Virus record (IMG/VR): IMGVR_UViG_3300010163_000014
Coordinates: 1 to 64,000 of that record
DNA length: 64,000 nucleotides
DNA from: a virus
Lineage: Duplodnaviria; Caudoviricetes
Reading direction: 5' to 3' (one strand)
Shown one piece after another: positions 39,196-50,000 of this stretch. Position numbers and translations under genes: made by a program. The notes under the pieces were generated by a model. It made no database searches and was not told the DNA's origin. It saw only the letters and a program-made list of their open reading frames with translations. Each line of letters begins with the position of its first letter. The stretch's first letter is position 1.

Positions 39196-39891
39196 TTAAT
39201 CTTCATCAAGAGGAGAAGACTCAGCAGTGGTTTTAAAGACGGTTGCCCATTCGGCAGGAACCTCAGGGAATTTAAAACCATCAATGTTTACATATACAAA
39301 TTCAGTGTCCAAGCAATCAGATAGAATATCACTCGACTTTAGACTGAGCTCAGCTTTAGTCTCTACCTTCTCTTGGACAACGGGATTGATCCAGGGTTCA
39401 TATTCCTTACAGAATGCGGCATAATCCTGATAGACATACTGTAGAGGAATAAAGATATAGTCAGATCCGACTAGCTCATGCATGGTAACTGTCAGAGGAA
39501 TCAGACCAACTTTTCCATCATAGTGTAGTTGCATTACTTCATCAGCAACACCAAATACACTCATTGGACTACCTTCATCAAGTCGTTTATTGATAACGGC
39601 TTCGACAATTGCATCGAGCGTATAGGGTTCATGATGAATCTCGATGCTATATTTCTTACCTTGACTAGTGTCAAGATGTTTTAGTACAGTACAACGATTC
39701 ATATCCATATGGTACTTCAGGAATCGAATAAGATCTTTATATTCCATGGAAGATCGAATCGTTCTCTTACATTTCTCGATAAACTTCCGTTTATCTTTAT
39801 TAGATTTGAAGACATAAACCCTTCTAGAGGGCATCTCTTCAATGGTTAGATTGATTGTCTTAACAGGACGATCTCTCATCCCGTTTTTCAT
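39196..39891 (-). CDS. Hypothetical protein with an HNH-like IEIHHEP motif (paralog of 32704-33354)
   Basis: IRSSMEYKDLIRFLK...C...IEIHHEPYTLDAIV. Confidence 0.7.
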   Translation of the reverse strand: MKNGMRDRPVKTINLTIEEMPSRRVYVFKSNKDKRKFIEKCKRTIRSSMEYKDLIRFLKYHMDMNRCTVLKHLDTSQGKKYSIEIHHEPYTLDAIVEAVINKRLDEGSPMSVFGVADEVMQLHYDGKVGLIPLTVTMHELVGSDYIFIPLQYVYQDYAAFCKEYEPWINPVVQEKVETKAELSLKSSDILSDCLDTEFVYVNIDGFKFPEVPAEWATVFKTTAESSPLDED

Positions 39892-39901
39892 TTTGTTTTT
39901 A

Positions 39902-40645
39902 TCATACAAAATCACGATAGACCACCATCCCATGTTCGATATTATTATGTCTACAGTATTCTACTTCTTCCTTAGTCCGATAGTTATTGACTAAAATCTT
40001 TAAGTGGTCTAATTTATTCCATCCAACTTCATCCATCAAAGGAATGAAGTCAGACCCACCATAGAGATTATCTGTAAATGCCAGATGAAGTTCCGTAAAC
40101 CAATAGCTATTCTGCTCTAGCCACTTGAACTTATCTGGAGTAGTATACATGCTGAAATAAATCCTCTTATCAGGGATTGAGAGTAGAATATCATCTACAT
40201 CTCTAGCTGGAGAGGATGCAGCGTGTGTAAAATCAATGGTAGCAACTAGTCTCTCTTTGGTGTCTTGAATACCCTGTAGAGTTACTCCCACATGGTTCCC
40301 ATGTGTCACATGAGTTAAGAATCGATCAGATGTGGGAATTGTCACCTTATGAGGGCAGACCAGTTGAAATTGCTTCTGTAGATTTATAACTACCTCTGAG
40401 TATAGATTGTAAATCCCAGAGATCCAAATACAATCAGTAGATGGAACGACCAATATCAATTTCTGATATTGTGGGTGTTTCACAATATTATACAAGTCAT
40501 TGAAGAAGTGAGGAGTTAGAGGAATTGCCAGAAGGGTTCGCTTCGAACTGGTTGTCACACAGTACATGGAGGTGCCAACTCTATCTAATGATTCAAACGG
40601 AGGTGAAAATAACCCCGTGTATCCAGAATACAATTCATACGCCAT
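39902..40645 (-). CDS. Hypothetical protein
   Basis: GAAAGG RBS before ATG at 40645. Confidence 0.7.
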   Translation of the reverse strand: MAYELYSGYTGLFSPPFESLDRVGTSMYCVTTSSKRTLLAIPLTPHFFNDLYNIVKHPQYQKLILVVPSTDCIWISGIYNLYSEVVINLQKQFQLVCPHKVTIPTSDRFLTHVTHGNHVGVTLQGIQDTKERLVATIDFTHAASSPARDVDDILLSIPDKRIYFSMYTTPDKFKWLEQNSYWFTELHLAFTDNLYGGSDFIPLMDEVGWNKLDHLKILVNNYRTKEEVEYCRHNNIEHGMVVYRDFV

Positions 40646-40780
40646 TTTAATCCCGCCTTTCATATGGGATGTACAGTTATAAATTTTGTTCATTGCGCTA
40701 GGAGTCCTATTTTTCTTGCTCATAAAACACCCGAATAAAGATTGAGATGCTCACACTCTAACGATAAGAGAGGTGATTCT

Positions 40781-43700
40781 GTGGCTTATATAGACCCTAA
40801 TTACAGTTTGAAACCCTCTTCTGATATTTTTAAAGCACAAGTCATGCAGATTGCTTCTACCATTGTTTGGAAGAATGGTGCAGAGGCAAAACGTGGTGAC
40901 CGAACTGTTGATATGTATCATGTGGAGACCTTTATGGCTGCAAAGAAAGGTCTTCTAAACTTTATGGTGATTGATGCATTCGATGAAGAAGTAATCCAGA
41001 AGATGGGCTTTACTGGAGAACGAATGGTCGATATGTTGATCAATAAGAATAATATTCCTCTGGAATATCGAGATCAAGCAGTAAAGTTGTATAGTGAGAA
41101 GTTAACGAAAAAAGATCCGTTGACTGGTCACTATGTCAACTATAAAGAGACCAATGACTATTATCGAATGCTGACTGGTCTTCCCCCTATAGAAGATATG
41201 AATAAACGAGATTTTGTATATGTCACAAAGTATAATACTCCTTGGCCCATGGATGTCCCAGTACATGAGATGTCTATGACACAAAGGCTTGAGATTGAAA
41301 AATCTGGGTATTTGGATGAACTGATTAAACTTCATCCGACAAAGAAATATCTGAAATTTATTGGTAAGAAGGGCATTGATATCTTTGCTGCTCGAGGTGC
41401 TGAACGGTTCGATATGCTCTATTATGAATCTGATGGTGGAACCTTCGAGCACGATTTCAAAGAGCAATATTATATGAATCGCTATGCAGTCAATGCTGTG
41501 TATTACTCTGCGGCATTTAAAGAGGCAAATGAGCTATATGAGAACTTCTTAGCAATGGCTCTTCTATTCATGACTGTAGAGCAAATGTTCCATAAGTATC
41601 TGCATGCAGATATCACCAGAGACTTCTACGATGTAGAGTCTATCCGGTATATCTATGCTTCATATAGTGTGCCTTTTTATGATGAGATTCCTCTAGAGGT
41701 ACACACTAGGATCACTAAGAGCATGAATATCCTATTGAGCTATCATGGATCACCCACGGTCTTTTTTGACCTGTTTGATCTATTTGGTGCCAGTGCTACG
41801 GATATCAATGCTTATTATATAACGAAAGTACATCGATTTGCAAATAATAAACCAGTCTTTCCTAAAAAGGCTGATGGTACAATTGATAATAGTGCAGCTT
41901 ATGATATTGCATTCTCTAAAGTTAAACTATATGAAGACCCTGCTCTAGAGACAATTGACCCGGCTAATAGAATCAACTATTGGAATATGACCAATAATGA
42001 CCCCTACTGGGTTAATGATCACGAACTTCTAGAGAAATTAGATCGAGAGATCTTTAACTATACAGAATCCAAATACATCGGTATTCAAACCGTTCTAGAT
42101 ATTCTAGGAGCTACCTATCAGAATTCGTATTTCTTCAAGATGATCCAAGACAATCGAGAAGATATGAAGAAGATTCAAGTTAGATGGGCAGCTACTAATA
42201 TCTACGTCTCTCTATTTGACTTCTTTATCTATCTTGCAGCTCTATACTGCAAGAAATATAATTTTGATGGTTCTCTTAGTGATGACCTGGCATTCACAGC
42301 TACTGTGTTAGGTTATGACTTCAAGAACCATGTCCAACATCTACAGAATCTAATTCTGCAAGATGAAACTCTTCAAAATGATCAAGAATTGATCAATTTG
42401 ATTCGAAAGATGGATACTGAGTCTCTTGCATCGGTCAATGAGACTTTCAAAGCTATTAAGGATCTTCGGAAACTTCTCGTTGAGAGATTTAGTAAGACTC
42501 ATAATCGAGAAGAGTATCAAACATATCGTGCTATCTACGATACCTTACTGACAAGTGAGAATATTAGAGATAGCTTTACAAAGAGTACTGGAGAAATGGC
42601 AAGTACCTATGATGATATGCTTGCTGACTCTGCTCCTACTTTATATCAGAGATTATTAGAGATGACAGAAGAGACGATTGATGATGAAATCAGATTGATC
42701 ATCAATCAATTAGAGGAAGCAATTCCTTCTCTTACTACATTGCATACTATCTTTAATCTAGACATTAACTCTTTAATTGAGTCTCTTTTAAAGATGCTTA
42801 AGTTTTTCAAATCCGCTAAGGCAGAGTTGGTTGGATATAAGATCATCTATGTCATGTCCCTTAGAGGAGTCAACTTCTTTAAGCTACTTGATAAGATGAT
42901 TCAGATCAGAGAGTCTTCTACCAAAGGACCTACTATTATGGATTTAACTGATCTCATGGAATGTATGAAGGAATATTGGGATCATATCAACGACATGTTT
43001 CATCTGTTGGAAGATGAACGTGGAGATGAACATTTTTTCTCTATGATTCAAGATGAGATCAAGTTTATGCGAGATCTATTCCATCTCATCGTTGTGGTTG
43101 GTGCAGAACCAATCAAAGCAAATGTGCAATATACTGATATTATGCTCAGTTGTATCACTGAGTCTATGCTATGCTCTTTAATGCCTCTTGCAGACGAGAA
43201 CTTTTTACTGAAAGAGGAATTTTTAGAGCCAAAATATCATGGAATGATTAAGGATCATTTCAAGTTCTTGACAGATGAATTGATTCTCCTATCTCAGGAT
43301 TCTGAGAATAAGAGAGTTTTGAAATCCTCTTATTATCTACAAGATCTCATGCAGAAGATCTTGAATCGAATGGAACGAGGAGCTATGAATACAGTTCCTC
43401 TATTTGTAAGAGATGAACTATTGGTTGTCTCTTGGATCTTAATTGGAGCTGATGATTATCTTAGCTTTATCATGAAACAGATGTTAGAAGTTCGAGTACA
43501 AGCTACTCCTTTTAGTGAACGATTGACCTGGAGAGATGCATACATCCTAAAGATGGTTATGTCTCTCCTTCCAATCAGTAGAATGAATATGAATGACTTC
43601 TTATCTGTATTAGAAGTCACTGGTGAATATGTCTCTAGAGTTCGACTGAGGGATGTACCTGAACTCTGGGGATTTGAAGTAATGGGCGGAGCATTAAAAG

Positions 43701-44230
43701 ATGCCATCTGGTGGAGAGATAAGATCAATGAAGTTCTAGAGAGTGTTGAGAACTCCAGTAAAGATAGTATTTTCCCTCTAGATGAGATTATTGCAACTGC
43801 TACTTATAAGGGGCTTATCAAAGAGAATGGATGCTTCATCGATGACCTAGAATTACTACATCTAATTGAAGATCATGATAAGCCTATTAAAGATGATTTT
43901 ACTTGGCCAGATGCACTTGCAGCTAGTCAAGATAGAACTGCTGATGTTTATATTGTACCATACCAGAAAATGGAGTTCCATATGGATGACTTCATTGCTG
44001 ATGGTAATGAGCATAGAATAGTGGCAAAAAATGATGTTCGATTCTATGATAAACTCCAGGCTTTTTCTGTTACAAAAGAACGGGAAAGATCCACTCAAAA
44101 GATGGAGTTTACAATGAGAGATTTCATTCCTTATTCGATCGATAGTATCTGGTCTGATAAGGTAGAAATACATTTCACAGATAAGTTGAAGCTTCTGAGA
44201 GAACGAAAAGAAGAGTCTGAAACTCCGTAG
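40781..44230 (+). CDS. Large putative virion structural protein (about 1149 aa)
   Basis: GTG start after GAGGTGA; AACA-N6-TA upstream (40726-40737); heads the tail/baseplate-like block. Function inferred from position. Confidence 0.6.
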   Translation: MAYIDPNYSLKPSSDIFKAQVMQIASTIVWKNGAEAKRGDRTVDMYHVETFMAAKKGLLNFMVIDAFDEEVIQKMGFTGERMVDMLINKNNIPLEYRDQAVKLYSEKLTKKDPLTGHYVNYKETNDYYRMLTGLPPIEDMNKRDFVYVTKYNTPWPMDVPVHEMSMTQRLEIEKSGYLDELIKLHPTKKYLKFIGKKGIDIFAARGAERFDMLYYESDGGTFEHDFKEQYYMNRYAVNAVYYSAAFKEANELYENFLAMALLFMTVEQMFHKYLHADITRDFYDVESIRYIYASYSVPFYDEIPLEVHTRITKSMNILLSYHGSPTVFFDLFDLFGASATDINAYYITKVHRFANNKPVFPKKADGTIDNSAAYDIAFSKVKLYEDPALETIDPANRINYWNMTNNDPYWVNDHELLEKLDREIFNYTESKYIGIQTVLDILGATYQNSYFFKMIQDNREDMKKIQVRWAATNIYVSLFDFFIYLAALYCKKYNFDGSLSDDLAFTATVLGYDFKNHVQHLQNLILQDETLQNDQELINLIRKMDTESLASVNETFKAIKDLRKLLVERFSKTHNREEYQTYRAIYDTLLTSENIRDSFTKSTGEMASTYDDMLADSAPTLYQRLLEMTEETIDDEIRLIINQLEEAIPSLTTLHTIFNLDINSLIESLLKMLKFFKSAKAELVGYKIIYVMSLRGVNFFKLLDKMIQIRESSTKGPTIMDLTDLMECMKEYWDHINDMFHLLEDERGDEHFFSMIQDEIKFMRDLFHLIVVVGAEPIKANVQYTDIMLSCITESMLCSLMPLADENFLLKEEFLEPKYHGMIKDHFKFLTDELILLSQDSENKRVLKSSYYLQDLMQKILNRMERGAMNTVPLFVRDELLVVSWILIGADDYLSFIMKQMLEVRVQATPFSERLTWRDAYILKMVMSLLPISRMNMNDFLSVLEVTGEYVSRVRLRDVPELWGFEVMGGALKDAIWWRDKINEVLESVENSSKDSIFPLDEIIATATYKGLIKENGCFIDDLELLHLIEDHDKPIKDDFTWPDALAASQDRTADVYIVPYQKMEFHMDDFIADGNEHRIVAKNDVRFYDKLQAFSVTKERERSTQKMEFTMRDFIPYSIDSIWSDKVEIHFTDKLKLLRERKEESETP

Positions 44231-44298
44231 CAATTAACAAAAAGGATAATCAAACCTTAAAACGTTGAATACCTTTTGAATAAAGGAGGAGCTCGAAT

Positions 44299-45141
44299 AT
44301 GGGCAGAGAAATTATTCGTGATCATTTTGTACTATGCGGTGACCAGCTCACAGATGTTAAGTCTCGTCTGGCCAGTGCTAAGAAGCAGGGTAAGATGTTC
44401 CATGGTGAGCTGTATGAGAAGACTCATGACAGCTATGGCCATCCCATTCTGCAGTATGTTAATTCCAATACCGTGGTGATCGGCGGCGCCATTTTGGCTT
44501 TGCAGAAGATTTCCGGTATCACCAGTGGTTTTATGCCTCCTGCTCTGAATGAGAAGTATGGTATCAATATCAATGGTGTTCCCACCGGTAATAACCAGAT
44601 CCTGTTGTTCGGCTGTGGTATTGGTGGTGCTGGTCTTGACTTCGGCAATGTTAAGGCTCCTGATATCAAGCAGAATGATGTTGCTGGTGGTCTGATTCCC
44701 ATGCGTTTTGGTGCTGACCTGGTGGGTGATGATGCCCCCAAGTATTTCTTCAAGCATAATAATAACGACGGTACCTTCAGTTGGTATTTGAAGGAGTTTG
44801 ATGAGGGCTCCCAGATCCGTACCCAGTGGAAGAATGCCATTGACTCTGAGGAGGATGGTGCTGAGATCACCGCGGATGTCTCTGAGTCTGATTCCACCGA
44901 CGGTATTGAGAGCTTCCTGGAGGTCAATATCTCCCTGAACTCCAACGATGTCCGTGAGTACTTCGAGGCTCAGGGTAATCTGTCTCAGGCTCGTTATAAT
45001 GCCTTTGGCTTCTACTCTGGCGAGAAGGTCAATGACGAGTATGCGAATGTTCGTCTGTTCTCCACGGTTAACTTCAATAACCGCGATGTCACTGTGAAGA
45101 CAACTTCCAGCTTCGCGTATCGTGTCTATTCTCTAATCTAA
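44299..45141 (+). CDS. Putative baseplate/virion structural protein (280 aa)
   Basis: AAAGGAGG RBS; NTVVIGG...GCGIGG...RLFSTVNF pattern; lies in the structural block. Confidence 0.55.
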   Translation: MGREIIRDHFVLCGDQLTDVKSRLASAKKQGKMFHGELYEKTHDSYGHPILQYVNSNTVVIGGAILALQKISGITSGFMPPALNEKYGININGVPTGNNQILLFGCGIGGAGLDFGNVKAPDIKQNDVAGGLIPMRFGADLVGDDAPKYFFKHNNNDGTFSWYLKEFDEGSQIRTQWKNAIDSEEDGAEITADVSESDSTDGIESFLEVNISLNSNDVREYFEAQGNLSQARYNAFGFYSGEKVNDEYANVRLFSTVNFNNRDVTVKTTSSFAYRVYSLI

Positions 45142-45224
45142 TTAAACATAAAGAGGATGTAGGTTTTTGCCTACATCCTCTTTTTCCATCAGTAAACTTA
45201 AGATTTTATCGATATATCATTAAA

Positions 45225-45440
45225 GTGTATCTGATAGGTGATACATTGGATGATCAAGGGACTTGAACACCCCTTGGGCAATGTTAAATTACTTATGCAG
45301 GTATAGGCTCTATCTTATCCAGCACTGATGGAGAACTCGGAGAGTTATGGAACCGTAAACGATCTGGCCAGCCAGGTCAGCTTGTGAGTCCAACGGGAAA
45401 GTGATAATCCGGGTTTGAAATTGGTGCTGGGTAAGGTATC
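45225..45440 (+). ncRNA. Candidate structured ncRNA in the structural block
   Basis: GATATATCATT at 45211-45221; stems CAAGGG/CCCUUG, CUUAUCCAGCAC/GUGCUGGGUAAG (45314-45325/45424-45435) and GAUCUGG/CCAGGUC; no ORF of note. Confidence 0.4.
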
Positions 45441-45502
45441 CTTAAAAACAAAGCCGTAACATTTACTACTCGTTTCTTTTTTTATAAAAGGAGGTTAGTT
45501 CT

Positions 45503-46939
45503 ATGGGATATAGAACGAAATTTACTGGCCCAAAGATTGATGAACTACTACTGAAAGCCTTTGATATCATCAATGCTGCAAATGGCTGGTATAAGTTACT
45601 ATCTACTGTAGATACGCCGATTGATCTGAATACTCTGGTGAATACTGGTAACTTCACCACGAGCCATTGGGTCAATGGACCTGAGATTGATATCTTTGGT
45701 CCAATCAATATCTCCATCTTCGAGCTAGAGGGCATGAAGCGATTCCAGATGGTGGAATACTTCAATGATCTCTATGTAAGAGAATACAAACCTGAGACGG
45801 TTGAACGTTGGGGTCCTTGGAAGTATCGCCAGGCCAATACCAGAATTGCAATTAGTGAAACTTCTCCTCTGGAGCCTGAAGATTTCACTATGTGGCTAGA
45901 TATTTCTAATCCCAATGTCCCTGCTTTATATTGCTGGTATAATGGTCAGTGGAGAGCTGTTAAACCGGTTGGTGTTATGGAGACCGATGTTTATGATCCT
46001 CGTGGAATTGGTGTCGATATCTATGATTATATTGATAATGCAATCAAAGATGCCAATCTAGAGCAAATCACCCTAGACTTTGATGAGCATATTAATGATT
46101 CCAGTATTCATGTGACAAAAGAGGATAAGGACAATTGGAACGCTAAGCCAACTGTTGACATTGTCAATGAGAAGTGGGATCAATTGGAAGCTCGAGTGGA
46201 TGACGACGTAATCACTCAAGCACGAAATATTGTTGCTCTTGTCACTCGCCTACAGAATGCCGTTGAACTATATAAGGATCTTCTGGAAAAACATGTAAGT
46301 GATACTGTAATTCATCCTAGTCTGGATAAACAGGCTTACTGGGATTCTAAGGCAGATTTTAATCATACCCATTATCTCGATAATCGAGTGACCATTGATG
46401 CCTCTCAGATTGTATCTGGCATTATTAGTGCCGACCGAATCGATCCTGCTTCTAAGGAAGTGGTTCATAAGGTTGACACCTTTGATGATGTTGCTAAGAT
46501 CACAAGAGATGAAGCTCAGAATGGCGATATGATTTGGGTTAAAGAGAATAATATCATCTACTATGTCATTGATGATACAAAACTGAATACTCCCCAGTAT
46601 CAGCAAGGCCTTAAGGTATACTCTGCTGGTGTTGCTATTCTAGATTGGGAGAATATTACCAATACCCCCGATACTCTGGATGGATATGGCATCATCGATT
46701 GCTATACCAAACTAGAGATTGATGCTATGCTGGTTCCTCTACAAGCGGTTATTGACGAGTACTCTGAGGTGATCGATGCTCTGATCGACTTTGCTGGTAA
46801 AGACAGCACTACTCTATTCAATAAGGTTGTACAGACCAGCCTAAAACAAGATGTCATCTTGGATACTCATTCCAAGCTGGAAGAAAATATGGAAGTCATC
46901 TTGAGAAAGGCACTTGAGCTACAAGCTCTGCTTTGTTAA
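45503..46939 (+). CDS. Putative tail fibre/baseplate protein (478 aa)
   Basis: H-x2-D-x2-IH...W-x2-K repeats typical of tail fibres; late motif upstream (45447-45458). Confidence 0.6.
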   Translation: MGYRTKFTGPKIDELLLKAFDIINAANGWYKLLSTVDTPIDLNTLVNTGNFTTSHWVNGPEIDIFGPINISIFELEGMKRFQMVEYFNDLYVREYKPETVERWGPWKYRQANTRIAISETSPLEPEDFTMWLDISNPNVPALYCWYNGQWRAVKPVGVMETDVYDPRGIGVDIYDYIDNAIKDANLEQITLDFDEHINDSSIHVTKEDKDNWNAKPTVDIVNEKWDQLEARVDDDVITQARNIVALVTRLQNAVELYKDLLEKHVSDTVIHPSLDKQAYWDSKADFNHTHYLDNRVTIDASQIVSGIISADRIDPASKEVVHKVDTFDDVAKITRDEAQNGDMIWVKENNIIYYVIDDTKLNTPQYQQGLKVYSAGVAILDWENITNTPDTLDGYGIIDCYTKLEIDAMLVPLQAVIDEYSEVIDALIDFAGKDSTTLFNKVVQTSLKQDVILDTHSKLEENMEVILRKALELQALLC

Positions 46940-47049
46940 TTTTTTGATGGTACTTCGTGAAATGTGAAACTAGGGCCCGGAAAACAAGCGGGTAAAATTT
47001 AGCTTTACAGACACGAAGTGCCATTTTTTTATAAAGGAGTGAAGATGAT

Positions 47050-50000
47050 ATGGCCAATGAAACCTATGTCTATTGGGATTCGAAGGATATTGCGAATGGC
47101 CCACTATTTGATGAGCTACTAGAGCGTATCCTTAAGACAAATCCTGAGACATTTGGCTATGTTAAGTTGCACGAAGATACACAGAGGGATCTGATTGAAT
47201 ACTTCCGAGTCGATCTAGATGAAAATGGAACTCCCAGTGATCCTGAGAAGATTGGTAACTTTGTCCTATATAACTACACCAATGGTCCAGAGGAAATTCC
47301 TGATAATTCAGTTCTCCCCGTTCTATTGAGAACTTCTATCATGTATCTCTGGGGGCCTTACGATCCAGAGCAAGCCGAAATCAAGGGTCCTAATTATCAT
47401 AGAGATATTCTTGGTTATTATCAGAAGTGGACTCTTGATGTGGGTGACAAACTATATGTCTACTCTACTCAGGAACCTCAATGGACAAAGTTGACTGGTG
47501 AGATGCAGGCTCAGGAGCAGTCTAAAATTATTCGTAGTGTATTTCCTCCTGATCCCCCTACTGATCCTAGAATTCTGTGGTTGGATTGTGATAAGAACTT
47601 TGCAACCCTTAAAAAATATGATCCTGATCTAGGAACCTGGATTGAAGCTACAATTCCTGGGGCTCTTCATAAAATCTGGTATGATACCAATCATAAAGAA
47701 AAAGATATTTATGAATATGCCAATGATGCAATTGCATCAGTCTCCAAAGACTATGGTATGTTCTTGAAGCATAAAATGAATGAATTGATCCTCATTCATA
47801 TCAGTCCTGATGAAAAGATTCAATGGGATGCTATCCTATCTATGGAAGAATTTCTTCAGATCATCAAAGATCGTGAAGAAGAGTGCCATGAGATTATCAT
47901 GACACTATATGATGAAATTCTGGGTATCAATGCTCTAGAGAAAACTGCTCGAGATACCCTGAAGAATTATGATGACCATGTTAATGAGGATGAATCTGCT
48001 ACTCCTCCTCATATCAGTCATAAAAAAGCAAATATGTGGGATTCAAAGTCCGATGCAAATCATCGACATGACATTGATCCCCTTGTCACTATCTTCGGTG
48101 AGAATGTTTTAACTGGTACGATTGATCCCAGAAGATTACCCGATGAAATTAAAGAGAGGGTAATTCCAATTCCTGATGGAATTGATTCTCTTGCCAATCC
48201 TATTAGTGATGAGGATCGTAAGGGTAAATACCATCTAGGTAATATTCTGCTATACGATCCTGATGGAAATATCGAAAATTATAAATGGTACAAGATTATT
48301 GACCCTGAGATGTTGGGTACACCGGCATATGTGAGCGGTGTACTTGAATTTACTCATAACTGGGAAGATATCACGACTGCTGAATGGAAGTATGTACAAA
48401 ATACTCCTACTACAATTGCAGGGTATGATCTCAGTGCAACTGTCTATACCAAAGATGAGTTTGAAGTAATTGCCCGAAACCTCATCTCTAAACTCAATGA
48501 TCTAGATAAAGCTCTGATTTATCTAATGAAACCCCAAGGAGTTCCTCTTCCCTTTAACTGTAAGGGTGAGCCTCGTAATAGCCTTATTATTCAACTAGGT
48601 GGATATGTCAATGGACAGGAAGTTGATTTTGCTCTTCATGCTGATGGTGAGTCTGATGCTATCGTGGAGGGTGCTAATGATGATATTGCCGGGTTAGGAT
48701 TCCATACCGGAGAAGATACATCCTATGACAATGATGATATTACCTCTATTTATGATATGGGTAAAGGAATGGGTTCTGCATGGGGTCTAATCTATCATAC
48801 TGATAAAGAGGAGAATTGTCATAAAGGTGTAAACCAGAAATATTTCATAAATTTCAGACAATCATTCCATACTTTTGCTGCATTTAAAGGTATGGGTGAT
48901 AATACAGCTATTATTACCTTTGCAAGTGTAAAATCTGCACTGAATCCCACTAAGATGGATATCGGTGTTTATACTACTTCTTCTAGTGCGACCGATATCA
49001 ATTTCAATCTTGAACAGAAGATGTCTGTTGTTACAATTCTCAAGAATAAGGGTCTAGGTACTTCTGATGAGAATTGGATCCCTGTATGCTGGTCTGAATG
49101 TGATCCTACTGATACCCAGCCCTTTAAGACAATTGGCCTTGTAGTCTATGGAGACAAGACTGGTTATAGAGCAATCTATTTTAAAGTTACTGATGCCAAG
49201 ATCAATACTGAGATTGTCAATATTGGTTCTTTCCAAATCAGTGAAGTGTATCACATCGTTCCTGATTATTATCAGGATGCATCTGGTAAACCTTGTCATT
49301 GTTTTACCATCGATGCTCTAGACGCTGATAATAAGATTTCCTTTATTAATACTCGAATCTTTGACTTGGATAGTGCATCTGCAACTACTATTCGTAGGCA
49401 GTATGTGAGTCCGAATAATGTTAAAGTCAATTGCATCAATAATGGATTTGAAGTTGACAATGTGAATGTGACTGCTATGATCGTCAAGCCTTGTGACTTT
49501 GATCTTGACTCTAGAGTCAATATTGGTGCTTTCAACTTTATTGACAATGAGACTGGACATAGCGGCACTCTATTCTACGATTTTATTCGTGGTAAGAACG
49601 ATGCTACTCACAGTGGACTATTTGTCCGCAATGTCTCTGAGCATACTTCAGAGATTTCTCTAGGTGAGCTTGTTCCTTATGACGACTTTAGATCCTTCTA
49701 TGGATTTAATCATAATGAGCCAGTTATTCTAACTGCTGCTAATAACACAATTGCTGGTAAATGTGCCATTCTTGAATGGACATTCAATATCGTTGGTCAT
49801 GATGACACCAGTCATCAGACTGTAGCAACTTGGAGTGAAATTTGGTCTCCCTCAAATCATTTTTATGATAAGGGGAAGTGCATGATTACTGATATTGAAC
49901 CAGTTACCAGTCCTTATGCTGGAACCAAAGAATCTGGTAAAACAAGAGATCTTCTCAAGGTTACTATGAATATTGATCCAGAGGATGGAGTTCCTTATGA

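Noticed and set aside
33776-45440. Assignment of the 33.8-kb or 45.2-kb structured regions to SRP, RNase P or tmRNA
   Set aside because: Diagnostic motifs (SRP GGAA-GCAGC helix, RNase P GAGGAAAGUCC, tmRNA T-arm/CCA end) are not present.
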